Position numbers and translations under genes: made by a program. Positions 36,617-45,413 of a DNA stretch of 64,000 bases are shown here, piece by piece. Position 1 is the stretch's first letter, and every line of letters starts with the position of its first letter. This stretch comes from Streptosporangiales bacterium. GTDB taxonomy: Bacteria; Actinomycetota; Actinomycetes; Streptosporangiales; WHST01. Where the stretch lies: assembly GCA_050698355.1 (NCBI GenBank), contig JBOHBN010000006.1, positions 13,277-77,276 on the forward strand, written 5' to 3'. Below the pieces are notes generated by a model. The model saw nothing but the letters and a program-made list of their open reading frames with translations, did no database searches and was not told the DNA's origin.

Positions 36617-36913
36617 GTGGCCATGTCCGATTCTTCGCGTTCTCAGCCCTTGGTGCTGACCTTCGGTCACGACGAGCTGATCATCCGCAGGCGCTACGAA
36701 GTCATGAGCATCATCAACGACATCCTCGTCGCTGTGTGGTTCCTGATCGGCAGCGTGTTCTTCTTCTACGAGAGCCTGGTCACCGTCGGTACGTGGCTAT
36801 TCGTGGCAGGCAGCGTTGAGCTGATGATCAGGCCGGTCATCCGGTTGTCGCGGAAGATGCACCTGCAGCGCAAGGGCAGCGCCTCCCCGGTGGCGAGCTC
36901 GCAGGATTTCTGA
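36617..36913 (+). CDS. YrhK-like small membrane protein
   Basis: RRRYEVMSIINDILVAVWFLIGSVFFFYESLVTVGTWLFVAGSVELMIRPVIRL: two TM helices in the YrhK pattern. Confidence 0.6.
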   Translation: MAMSDSSRSQPLVLTFGHDELIIRRRYEVMSIINDILVAVWFLIGSVFFFYESLVTVGTWLFVAGSVELMIRPVIRLSRKMHLQRKGSASPVASSQDF

Positions 36914-36950
36914 TCACCCGGGCAGTAGAAGGGGCGGGGACAAGTAGGGA

Positions 36951-37406
36951 CTAGGCCACCCTGCCGTTCCACAGCCACGACATGCCCGGAACCGTGCCCG
37001 GTGGGTCAGCAGGGTGCCACGCCACGGCGGTGGGTCGGTGCCCGGACTGGACGAACTCGTCCACCGCGACACGGGCGACCGTCACCGGGATGGCCTCTTC
37101 GGCCAACACGGCCCTGTCCAGGCCGCGGTCGGTGAAGTCGTAGCTGCCGAGCGCCGTCGGCACGGTGCCGGTGCTGACCATCACAGGCCCGGCTGCCGCA
37201 TTGTCGGTGAACCGCAGTGAGCTGAGGTCATCGCGGCCCAGCGCGACCTGCAACATGGCGCCGTCGCCGCCGGAGATCTCGACCCAGGCCGGCCCGCCGA
37301 CAGCGGCGAGCGCGTCGAGCCACGCGTGGAGTTCCACCAATGTGGCCACCTCGCGCCGCTGGATACCGTCATCGACCGTGACTGGATCCTTCACCGTCTC
37401 TCCCAA
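36951..37406 (-). CDS. Hypothetical protein, possibly Imm1-family immunity protein
   Basis: LVELHAWLDALAAVGGPAWVEISGGDGAMLQVALGRDDLSSLRF...EEAIPVTVARVAVDEFVQSGHRPTAVAWH resembles, from memory, actinobacterial Imm1 proteins (conserved C-terminal Trp). No toxin gene is adjacent. Confidence 0.35.
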   Translation of the reverse strand: MGETVKDPVTVDDGIQRREVATLVELHAWLDALAAVGGPAWVEISGGDGAMLQVALGRDDLSSLRFTDNAAAGPVMVSTGTVPTALGSYDFTDRGLDRAVLAEEAIPVTVARVAVDEFVQSGHRPTAVAWHPADPPGTVPGMSWLWNGRVA

Positions 37407-37512
37407 TGTCGCCGTGTGACAACAATACGCGACTGCCTGACTGCAGGGCGTACACCCACCCGTGTGTCGCGGTGGGCGCGGCGCGGGAGTTCCTGGGTGA
37501 TGGAATAGCCGA

Positions 37513-37968
37513 GTGACGCCGCGAAGGCCGCTTGTCCCGCCGGGGTCCGAGCCGCCAGGCCCTCCCGCTCATCCCAGGTTCCGGTTCGAGCCACTCGGGC
37601 CGGACCACAACGCGGCCGACCTGGAGGCGTGGTCCTCGTCCATCGATCACATTCACGCGACGCCGGGGTTCCGCCCAGACGGGTGGCCGGAGCGGCCGTA
37701 CACGCTCCCCGAGAACCTAACCGACCTGGAGGAGCATCGCGATCGGCACCAGCGCGGTCTCGACTTCGCGTGGACCGTGCTCTACCCGGACGACGGAACC
37801 GTGCTCGGGTGCGTCTATCTGAAGCCCGACCCCACCGAGGCAGCTGACGCGGCAGCGCGCTCCTGGGTCCGTGCAGACCACGCCGAGCTCGACAGCGAGC
37901 TGCGTGCGCACCTGCGTCCGTGGTTCGCGGGGTCGTGGCCCCTGACGATCCGCTACGCGGCCGGGTAG
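37513..37968 (+). CDS. GNAT-like N-acetyltransferase-fold protein
   Basis: FRFEPLGPDHNAADLEAWSSSIDHIHATPGF...WP...NLTDLEEH...FAWTVLYPDDGTVLGCVYLKP matches a recurrent actinobacterial GNAT-like family. From memory only. Confidence 0.5.
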   Translation: MTPRRPLVPPGSEPPGPPAHPRFRFEPLGPDHNAADLEAWSSSIDHIHATPGFRPDGWPERPYTLPENLTDLEEHRDRHQRGLDFAWTVLYPDDGTVLGCVYLKPDPTEAADAAARSWVRADHAELDSELRAHLRPWFAGSWPLTIRYAAG

Positions 37969-38151
37969 CACGGCATTCGTCGTCGGAGCAGGTACGGCAC
38001 ATCTCCCTCGCAGGGAGGGGCCGCTGACTACAGCGGGTGATCCGCCGGGTCGCCGCGACCCTCACCGGCTACCGCGCCAGTTCGCGCCATACCACCTGCG
38101 GCTGGACTGGCTGATGTGGCTGGCGGCGCTGTCGCCCCCGCAGGCGAGACC

Positions 38152-38217
38152 AAGATCCGTTTCTTCCGGCCGCAACGCGCAGAAACCTGCGCGTCGCGGC
38201 CACGCGGAACAGATCTT
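38152..38217 (-). repeat. Family A palindromic repeat, copy 3 (inverted relative to copies 1, 2 and 4)
   Basis: AAGATCCGTTTCTTCCGGCCGCAACGCGCAGAAACCTGCGCGTCGCGGCCACGCGGAACAGATCTT. The central loop reads CAGAAACCTG rather than CAGGTTTCTG. Confidence 0.85.
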
Positions 38218-38273
38218 GACCGGGGACCTGTATGACCGGTTTGCACGCCCAGCGGCGCCCAACCAGGCGGACG

Positions 38274-38335
38274 GACTCAGCTCCTGCTTCCCATGGCCTG
38301 CAGGTCGTGGGAAGCAGGAACTCATCAAGGAAAGT
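38274..38335 (-). repeat. Family B hairpin repeat, copy 1 (inverted relative to copy 2)
   Basis: Reverse complement reads ACTTTCCTTGATGAGTTCCTGCTTCCCACGACCTGCAGGCCATGGGAAGCAGGAG. Stem TCCTGCTTCCCA/TGGGAAGCAGGA, apex CCTGCAGG. Confidence 0.8.
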
Positions 38336-38580
38336 AGCCTGCTTTCGGGCAGTGACTACGGCGCCCTGGTCGGATGACGTGGTGGCGAGGAGCTCGCTGC
38401 CGTCGGCGGTGACGAGCGCCGTGTCGGAGATCGGGTACGTGCCGATCTGCTGGTCGATGACCCACGACTGGACCAGCTGCGCCGAGTAAGGGGGTGTCCT
38501 TGCAAGTAGTACCGCGCGCTGCCAGTGAACTGGGTGGGGTCCACCCCGGGGAGTTTCCCACAGTACGACGCCGGTGAGAC

Positions 38581-39162
38581 CTACGCCGTCGGATGGCTAC
38601 CGGTCTCGCGGTGTACGTGGGCGTGGTGGCCGTCTCGATCGAAGATCATGATGAGTTCGGCCGGGCCGTCGATGGCTGCGAAGGCGTGCGGTGTCATGGT
38701 GGCGAACTCGGCGGCCTCGCCGGTCTCGACGGTGATCTCGCGTTCGCCGAGGGACAAGCGCACGCTTCCCGTGATGACGAAGAACCAGTCGTGACCGGGG
38801 TGGACTCGCTGCTGTGCCGCTCTGCGGGTTGGTTCGAGTCGCATCTTTACGGCGACCGTGCTGCCGGTCGATCGGCTCAACATCCAGGTCGTGCGTTCGC
38901 CCGAGCTGTTCGGCATCGGACGGATGACCACATCGTCGTTGCTGCGTACGTCGAGGAGCGCGTCGAGGTCGACCTGCAAGGCCGTGGCCAACGGCAGCAG
39001 GATGTCGAGACTGATCGTCCGCCTGCCGGTCTCGACGCGGCTGATGGTGGAGGGACTCAGGTTCGTGCGTGCGGCGAGCTCGTCGAGCGACAGGCCGAGC
39101 GTGGTCCGAAGACTCCTCAGTCGTGTCCGGACCACCTGTTCGACCTCGTTGTGCTCCGTCAT
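38581..39162 (-). CDS. XRE-family HTH regulator with C-terminal cupin domain (second copy)
   Basis: LRSLRTTLGLSLDELAARTNLSPSTISRVETGRRTISLDILLPLATAL, plus cupin (HPGHDWFFVITGSVRLSLGE). Start MTEHNEV at 39162. Confidence 0.85.
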   Translation of the reverse strand: MTEHNEVEQVVRTRLRSLRTTLGLSLDELAARTNLSPSTISRVETGRRTISLDILLPLATALQVDLDALLDVRSNDDVVIRPMPNSSGERTTWMLSRSTGSTVAVKMRLEPTRRAAQQRVHPGHDWFFVITGSVRLSLGEREITVETGEAAEFATMTPHAFAAIDGPAELIMIFDRDGHHAHVHRETGSHPTA

Positions 39163-39233
39163 CGCCTCTCCAGATTCTTGCCAATACTGCAAGAAGCTTC
39201 GCACATACCGCAAGGTAACGGTAGTCTCCGGGC

Positions 39234-40823
39234 ATGAGTGATCCCGCTTCTCGTACCGTCGAGCGGCACTGCGACGTCGCCGTCGTCGGCGGATCGGCCG
39301 CCGGACTTGCCGCCGCACTCCAACTCGGTCGTCAGCGCCGGTCGGTGATCGTCATCGATACCGGCGAGGCACGCAACGCGCCCGCGGCGCACATGCACGG
39401 CTACCTCGGTCATGACGGGTCCCCGCCATCGGAGCTGACCACCGTGGGTCGTGAGGAGGTTCGCAGCTACGGCGGCGAGGTCCTCGCCGGTTGCGTGGGT
39501 CGTGTGACCCGCACCGCTGACGACCGCTTCCGGGTCGAACTCGTCGACGGTCACTGCATCATCGCTCGCCGGGTCATCGCCGCCACCGGGCTGGTGGACG
39601 AGCTTCCGGACATCGACGGACTGGCCGAACATTGGGGGCGCGGGGTGATCCACTGCCCGTTCTGCCACGGTTTCGAGGTCCGCGACCGGCGTCTCGTCCA
39701 GATCGTCACCCACTCGATGGGACTGCACCCCACCAGCCTGTTCCGCCAGCTCAGCGATCAGCTCACCGTTGTGCTCCACGACCGCATCGACGTGGACGAC
39801 TCGGAGCTCGACGCGCTGCGTGCGGCCGGCGTGGGTATCCAGCACGGACCAGTGAGCCGCATCGTCACGGACGCCGACGGGTACGTCGCGGCGGTCGAGC
39901 TGGCCGACGACGAACGCATTGACGCCGACGCAGTGGTGGTCGGCCCGCGATTCCGGGCGCGCGCCGAACCGTTCACTTCGCTCGGTCTACGACCGGTGGC
40001 GCACCCGACTGGGCTCGGAGACTTCGTGGAGACCGACGCGACCGGGGCAACCGCAGTACCGGGCCTCTACGCTGCTGGCAACGTCACCGATCCGAGTCAG
40101 CAGGTGTTGCAGGCCGCCGCCGACGGTAGCCGGGTCGGCGCCATGGTCAGCTTCAGTCTCGCCGGCGACGATATCCGAGCCGCCGCCCGTCCGTCGGCCA
40201 ACGCGGCCGACTGGGATCATCGCTACGCCGGTGACCAGATGTGGAGCGGTAACCCGAACGGCACACTCGTCCACGAGACCAGCTGCCTCACGCCTGGCCG
40301 CGTACTCGACGTGGGCGCTGGCGAGGGCGGCGACGCGCTCTGGCTTGCCGAACAAGGCTGGAAAGTGACCGCCAGCGACATCTCGCAGCGCGCGCTGGAC
40401 CGGGTCGACGCCGAGGCCCAACGCCGAGGCCTCCGCGTCGCGTGTCACCACGTGGACGCGAACGCAGTCGATGCATTCGACACCGCAGCATTCGACCTCG
40501 TATCAGCGCAGTACGCATCGATTCCCCGGACACCCGACAACCGGGGTGTTACCAACCTCCTCAACGCAGTTGCTCCGGGCGGCACGCTCCTTGTGGTGAG
40601 CCACGACCTCGAGTCCATGCGTGCGGCGATCGACACACTGGCCCACAGCCAGTCATTCGACCCAGACGCCTACCTACGAGTCGACGACTTCGCAGCCGCG
40701 CTCGCGGCCTCATCGGGATGGGACATCGAGATCCATGAAAAGCGACGTCGGCCGCCGGGGGCAGCCTCTGCTGCGCACCACGTCGAGGACGTCGTGCTTC
40801 GTGCCCGACGCAGCACCAGCTGA
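39234..40823 (+). CDS. Fusion protein: thioredoxin-reductase-like FAD/NAD(P) oxidoreductase + class I SAM methyltransferase
   Basis: N-terminal half DVAVVGGSAAGLAAAL, HCPFCHG, GLYAAGNVTD. C-terminal half WDHRYAGDQMWSGNPN, VLDVGAGEGGDALWLAEQGWKVTASDIS. Confidence 0.85.
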   Translation: MSDPASRTVERHCDVAVVGGSAAGLAAALQLGRQRRSVIVIDTGEARNAPAAHMHGYLGHDGSPPSELTTVGREEVRSYGGEVLAGCVGRVTRTADDRFRVELVDGHCIIARRVIAATGLVDELPDIDGLAEHWGRGVIHCPFCHGFEVRDRRLVQIVTHSMGLHPTSLFRQLSDQLTVVLHDRIDVDDSELDALRAAGVGIQHGPVSRIVTDADGYVAAVELADDERIDADAVVVGPRFRARAEPFTSLGLRPVAHPTGLGDFVETDATGATAVPGLYAAGNVTDPSQQVLQAAADGSRVGAMVSFSLAGDDIRAAARPSANAADWDHRYAGDQMWSGNPNGTLVHETSCLTPGRVLDVGAGEGGDALWLAEQGWKVTASDISQRALDRVDAEAQRRGLRVACHHVDANAVDAFDTAAFDLVSAQYASIPRTPDNRGVTNLLNAVAPGGTLLVVSHDLESMRAAIDTLAHSQSFDPDAYLRVDDFAAALAASSGWDIEIHEKRRRPPGAASAAHHVEDVVLRARRSTS

Positions 40824-40888
40824 CAAGAATCACACCGGTCCAGCGTGGACTCGATCAGTGGCCCCGAGTCGCGATGTTGCGTAAACCC

Positions 40889-41887
40889 CTACGCCTGTTG
40901 GAGTGTGGTACTGGCCTGCTCGGCCAGATCGGTGACGATCTCGGCTGCGGGCACGACGGAGTCGATCAATCCAGCGGCCTGGCCGATGGTGACGTTGGCG
41001 ATGGTGTAGTCGCGGTCGGTCAGGGCCCGCTGGAACTCAGCGGTGGCCGCGTCGAGGTGTTCGCCGAGGGTGGCCCCAGATCCGTGCCACCGGGTGGTGA
41101 ACGCGTTGCTCAGCACGTTCATGGTGTGTCCGGCCGGCCACGGGTAGCCGCGCACACGGTCGTAGACGGTGGTGCGGCAGCAGTCATCCCCGGTCGCGGC
41201 CACGACCTCCGCCTGGGCCTGCGGCGTAGAGAGCGCTTCGGAGGTGGCGTAGAAGCGAGAGCCGACCAGCACCCCGGATGCGCCCAGAACGAGCCCGGCC
41301 GCCAACCCGCGCCCGTCGGCGATCCCTCCAGCGGCCACCACGGGGGTCTCGGCGCCGTGAGAGGCAACGAGGTCGGCGATCTCGGGTACCAGGGTCAGTG
41401 TGGAGCGGGGCCCGTAGCCATGCCCACCGGCTTCGCTGCCCTGGGCCACCAGCACATCGGCGCCGGCCGCCAGCGCTCGCTCTGCCTGGCCACGATCCTG
41501 GATCTGGCAGACCAGCAGTGTCCCGGCAGACTTGATCGTCTCGGCGAACGTGGCGGGGTCCCCGAAGGACAGCATCACCGCCACCGGGCGATGTTCCAAC
41601 GCGAGGTCGAGCAGCCTTGGCTGTCGCGCCAACGACCAGGTGATGAACCCGCAACCGACGCGGGTTCCGGCGGCCAGGTTGAACTGGCGGGCCAGCCATT
41701 TCTCGTCGCCGTAGCCGCCCCCGATCATCCCGAGCCCACCGGCGTCGCTGACCGCGGCGGCAAGCTCACCGCCCGCGACTGCATCCATCGGCGCGGACAG
41801 GATCGGATAGTCGATCCCGAACAACCGAGTCAACGCCGTTGCCAACGCCACCTGCAACCTCCATGGGTCCGTCGTGTCACTCGCCAC
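40889..41887 (-). CDS. Nitronate monooxygenase (NMO / 2-nitropropane dioxygenase family)
   Basis: FGIDYPILSAPMDAVAGGELAAAVSDAGGLGMIG...VLVAQGSEAGGHG...VVAAGGIADGRG. Confidence 0.9.
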   Translation of the reverse strand: MASDTTDPWRLQVALATALTRLFGIDYPILSAPMDAVAGGELAAAVSDAGGLGMIGGGYGDEKWLARQFNLAAGTRVGCGFITWSLARQPRLLDLALEHRPVAVMLSFGDPATFAETIKSAGTLLVCQIQDRGQAERALAAGADVLVAQGSEAGGHGYGPRSTLTLVPEIADLVASHGAETPVVAAGGIADGRGLAAGLVLGASGVLVGSRFYATSEALSTPQAQAEVVAATGDDCCRTTVYDRVRGYPWPAGHTMNVLSNAFTTRWHGSGATLGEHLDAATAEFQRALTDRDYTIANVTIGQAAGLIDSVVPAAEIVTDLAEQASTTLQQA

Positions 41888-42029
41888 GGTAGTTCCGTCG
41901 CGACGGGCAGACCCTTCTCATCGAATCGAGCCCGCATGACTTCGTTGCTGTCACGCTGCTACGACACGGCGCGTCCAACAGCGGCACCGCATCGGGCACC
42001 GGCACGATCACCCGCAGCCATGTGCCATC

Positions 42030-42509
42030 GTGGCGTGCATGGGATTGCCTGGGTCCGCCCGAGACCTGACCGATGATGAGTGGCAGCTCGTGGAGCTCGC
42101 TCGCTCCACCATCGACAGCACCACCGACGCCGGTCCCGACGAGGACGGCGTGCACACGATGGGCGCGGCCGTACGCGCTGCCGACGGACGGATGTTCGCC
42201 GGCGTGAACCTCTATCACTTCACCGGCGGTCCCTGTGCTGAGCTTGTCGCCCTCGGTGCTGCACGCGCCGGCGGTGCCCGTGAGATCACGACGATCGTGG
42301 CCGTCGGCAACCACGGACGTGGCCCGGTCGGACCCTGTGGACGGGACCGCCAGGTGCTGTTCGACTACCACTCGACGGTGCGCGTGATTCTGCCGACGGA
42401 CCAGGGTGTCAAGAGCGTCCTCATCGCCGACCTCATGCCACTCGCCGCGCTCTGGACCGTCGAGGACGGCACGCAGCCCTACAACCCGGACCTCTTCCTC
42501 GACCCGTGA
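42030..42509 (+). CDS. Blasticidin-S-deaminase-like cytidine-deaminase-fold protein with an altered zinc motif
   Basis: GVNLYHFTGGPCAELVALG closely matches BSD. The second motif reads GPCGRDRQ instead of PCGRCRQ. Start could be 42039. Confidence 0.75.
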   Translation: MACMGLPGSARDLTDDEWQLVELARSTIDSTTDAGPDEDGVHTMGAAVRAADGRMFAGVNLYHFTGGPCAELVALGAARAGGAREITTIVAVGNHGRGPVGPCGRDRQVLFDYHSTVRVILPTDQGVKSVLIADLMPLAALWTVEDGTQPYNPDLFLDP

Positions 42510-42522
42510 GCAACGCAACAGA

Positions 42523-43518
42523 TCACGGCCGTACCACCGACTTGACCGTACGGGCGTCGTCGCTGGCGGCGATCGCGTCGACGACACCGTCGAGTGAGTA
42601 ACGACCGGTGACCATGCCGTCGAGGTCAACCGCCCCGGAGGCGGCGAGTTCGATGGCGGTCGGCCAGGTGTTGGCGTAGCGGAAAGTGCCGCATACGGTC
42701 ACCTCGCGCTGCTGCACCGCGGCGGTGGGCAGCGAGACGGTGTCGGCACCCAGCCCGACCAGGACCGCGCGGCCACCCGGGCGTACCGCAGCGACTCCGG
42801 CTTGCACGGCCCCCGCGGCACCCGAACAGTCGATGAACGCGCCCGGGCGTACGTCGGCGACCGCGGCGTCCGCGGGGCGGGTCTCCGTCGCGCCGAGCCG
42901 CCCCGCCGAGTCGAGTCGCTCGGCGGCGATGTCGGTGACCACGACCGTGGCCGCACCGGCGGCGCGGGCCGCCTGGACGGTGGCGATCCCGATCGGGCCC
43001 GCGCCAGCGACCAGTACCCGCGATCCGGTCGTGACCGCGGCCTTGCGGCACGCCCAGATTCCGACGGACAACGGCTCCAGCAGCCCGGCGGCGTCATCGG
43101 ACACGCCTCCGGGCACCGCGTAGGTGAAGTCGGCGTCGTGGGCTACGTACTCGCAGAACGCGCCGTCAACCGGTGGCGTCGCGAAGAACCGGACCTGTGG
43201 GCACAGGTGGTAGCTGCCAGTACGACACTGCTCGCAGCGGCGACACGGCACACCCGGCTCGAGCGACACCCGGCTGCCGAGCCGTTCAGGGTCCGCGCCC
43301 GGGCCCACCGCGACGATGGTGCCGCCGGCCTCGTGCCCCAGGATCAGCGGTTCGCGCACCACGTGCTCGCCGATACGGCCATGCCGGTAGTAGTGCACGT
43401 CCGAACCGCACAGGCCGACGGAGCCCACGCGTACGAGCACCTCGCCACGGCCGGGCTCGGGAACCGGACGGCTCTCCACGACCAGATCGCCGACGCCACG
43501 CAGCACCGCGGCACTCAT
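42523..43518 (-). CDS. Zinc-dependent MDR alcohol/polyol dehydrogenase (sorbitol / L-idonate dehydrogenase-like)
   Basis: GLCGSDVHYY...GHEAGGTIVAVG...CRRCEQCRTGSYHLC...VAGAGPIGIA. Start MSAAVLRG (GGAG 4 nt upstream) preferred over the ORF start at 43560. Confidence 0.9.
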   Translation of the reverse strand: MSAAVLRGVGDLVVESRPVPEPGRGEVLVRVGSVGLCGSDVHYYRHGRIGEHVVREPLILGHEAGGTIVAVGPGADPERLGSRVSLEPGVPCRRCEQCRTGSYHLCPQVRFFATPPVDGAFCEYVAHDADFTYAVPGGVSDDAAGLLEPLSVGIWACRKAAVTTGSRVLVAGAGPIGIATVQAARAAGAATVVVTDIAAERLDSAGRLGATETRPADAAVADVRPGAFIDCSGAAGAVQAGVAAVRPGGRAVLVGLGADTVSLPTAAVQQREVTVCGTFRYANTWPTAIELAASGAVDLDGMVTGRYSLDGVVDAIAASDDARTVKSVVRP

Positions 43519-43628
43519 CGTCTCCGGCACGGATGCCTGCGCTGCAACGACCATGCCCATACCTTTTCACGCCTGAGCATTGACCGTACGGTGATGCCAA
43601 TCGTGCACGGCGGAGTTGGAGGACGCAG

Positions 43629-44909
43629 ATGGCAGGCGCTGGGAACGAGACGGTGTTCACGTGGCGCGCGCCGGCGGTGAAGTTCGGTCCGGGCGCGGTC
43701 GGTGAGGTCGGTCATGACGTCGCGGCGCTTGGGTGCCGGCGCGTTCTGGTGGTGACCGACCAGAGGGTCGCGGCGACGGGCGCCGCGGGCCGTGCCACCG
43801 AAGCAGTCCGTCAGGCGGGTGTGGACGCGACCGTGTACGCCGATGTGCATATCGAGCCGACCGACGTGGGCGTGCGTGCGGCGGCCGACGCGGTGCGCGA
43901 CGGCGGCTGGGACGGTTTCGTCGCGGTCGGCGGTGGCTCGGTCATCGACACCGCGAAGGCGGTGAACTTGCTGACGCACGTCTCGGGTGACCTGCTTGAT
44001 TACGTGAACGCCCCGATCGGGGGCGGCCGGTCGCCGGAGAACCCGCTGGCTCCGCTCGTCGCCGTGCCCACGACGGCGGGCACCGGAGCGGAATGCACGG
44101 CGGTGTGCGTGGTCGACCTGCTCGAGCAGCACGTGAAGAGCGGCATCAGCGATGCCGCACTGCGCCCGGCGCTGGCGGTCGTCGATCCCGAGTTGACGCT
44201 GTCGCTGCCGCCGGAGGTCACCGCTGCATCCGCGTTCGACGTGCTGTGCCACGCGCTGGAATCCTACACCGCCCGGCCCTACAGCGATTTTCCCAGGCAC
44301 GCACCGGAGGCGCGGGTCGCGTACTGCGGTGCCAACCCTGTGTCGGACCTGTGGATCGAGCGCACGATGCCGTTGCTGGCCCGTTCGGTACGCACGGCGG
44401 TCGCCGACGGCTCGGACCTTGCCGCCCGCACCGACCTGCACCTGGCGGCGCTGTTCGCGGGAATGGGGTTCGGCAACGCGGGAGTGCACATCCCGCACGC
44501 GTGCGCGTACCCGATCGCGGGTCGTGTCCGCGAGTACGTGCCCAACGGATACCTCACCGACAGCCCTCTGGTGCCACACGGGCAGTCGGTGGTGCTGACC
44601 GCGCCGGCCACGTTCGCCCGCACCTTCGCGTCCAGCCCCGACCGGCACGCGTGGGCGGCGACGACGCTGGATCCGTCGGTGGCGGACCTGCCGGACAAGT
44701 CCAGCTGGCTACCGACTGCGATCAGGCGGCTGATGCGCGACACCGGCGTGCCCAGCGGTCTCGTCGATGTCGGCTACGGCGAAGCCGACATCGACGGGCT
44801 CGTCGAGGGAGCGCTCGCCCAGCAGCGCCTGCTCGGCCTCGCTCCCGTACCCGTCGACGCGGATCTGCTCGCGGAGGTCTTCCGCTCGTCCATCCAGCCC
44901 GTCGGCTGA
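43629..44909 (+). CDS. Iron-containing alcohol dehydrogenase (hydroxyacid-oxoacid transhydrogenase-like)
   Basis: VAVGGGSVIDTAKAV...VPTTAGTGAECT...NAGVHIPHACAYP. Confidence 0.9.
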   Translation: MAGAGNETVFTWRAPAVKFGPGAVGEVGHDVAALGCRRVLVVTDQRVAATGAAGRATEAVRQAGVDATVYADVHIEPTDVGVRAAADAVRDGGWDGFVAVGGGSVIDTAKAVNLLTHVSGDLLDYVNAPIGGGRSPENPLAPLVAVPTTAGTGAECTAVCVVDLLEQHVKSGISDAALRPALAVVDPELTLSLPPEVTAASAFDVLCHALESYTARPYSDFPRHAPEARVAYCGANPVSDLWIERTMPLLARSVRTAVADGSDLAARTDLHLAALFAGMGFGNAGVHIPHACAYPIAGRVREYVPNGYLTDSPLVPHGQSVVLTAPATFARTFASSPDRHAWAATTLDPSVADLPDKSSWLPTAIRRLMRDTGVPSGLVDVGYGEADIDGLVEGALAQQRLLGLAPVPVDADLLAEVFRSSIQPVG

Positions 44910-44940
44910 CACCCGAACGCTCCGTGCCGATGCCCAGAGC

Positions 44941-45006
44941 AAGATCCGTTTCTCCCGGCCGTAACGCGCAGTTTCCTACGCGTTACGGCCATGCGGAACG
45001 GATCTT
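44941..45006 (+). repeat. Family A palindromic repeat, copy 4
   Basis: AAGATCCGTTTCTCCCGGCCGTAACGCGCAGTTTCCTACGCGTTACGGCCATGCGGAACGGATCTT. Lies after the ADH stop and abuts a truncated regulator remnant. Confidence 0.85.
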
Positions 45007-45022
45007 CACCGGGAGGTCTATA

Positions 45023-45412
45023 CGAGAATTTGGCGTTGATGTCGCGCTCGCCGAGATCGCCGATCAGCTCAACGAGGCGCAGCCCGGTGATGTCGAGGCG
45101 TCGGTGGCGGCCTGGTTCGACCACTACGAGCGGTACGGCGACCTGGTGGTACGCAACCTCGCCGACGAGGCCGATCCCGCGGTGGCCGAGACCGTCCGCA
45201 CCGGCCGGAAGCGCCACCGCCAACGGGTGGTGCGGCAGTTCGCGCCGCAGCTGACGCGCGTACCCGAGCATGCCGTGACGCGGCTGGTCGACGGGCTCGT
45301 CTGTGCGTGTGATGTCTACACCTGGAAGCTGCTGCGACGCGACATTGGCCGGTCACGGGAGCGGGCCGAAGCCACGATGTGCCAGACGGTTCGGGCGCTG
45401 CTGGGAGAGTGA
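45023..45412 (+). pseudogene. TetR-like regulator remnant lacking the N-terminal part of the HTH
   Basis: FGVDVALAEIADQL... then a ligand-domain-like tail ending CDVYTWKLLRRDIGRSRERAEATMCQTVRALLGE (the F.TW..L motif of one TetR subfamily, from memory). No in-frame start and no intact helix-turn-helix upstream; the repeat occupies that space. Confidence 0.35.
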
Positions 45413-45413
45413 G

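Noticed and set aside
38350-38592. Possible relic of an M24 (Xaa-Pro peptidase/creatinase) C-terminus on the minus strand (…DGVGLTGVVLWETP…LVQSWVIDQQIGTYPISDTALVTADGSELLATT)
   Set aside because: The resemblance to the HGxG...EPG.Y...IED.vlVT..G.E.LT pattern is weak, key metal ligands are not preserved, and no ATG/GTG/TTG start codon is present in frame. Insufficient to annotate.
12430-45006. Palindromic repeats as a CRISPR array
   Set aside because: Copies are 6.5-18.5 kb apart, separated by ordinary genes, in mixed orientation, and no cas genes are present.
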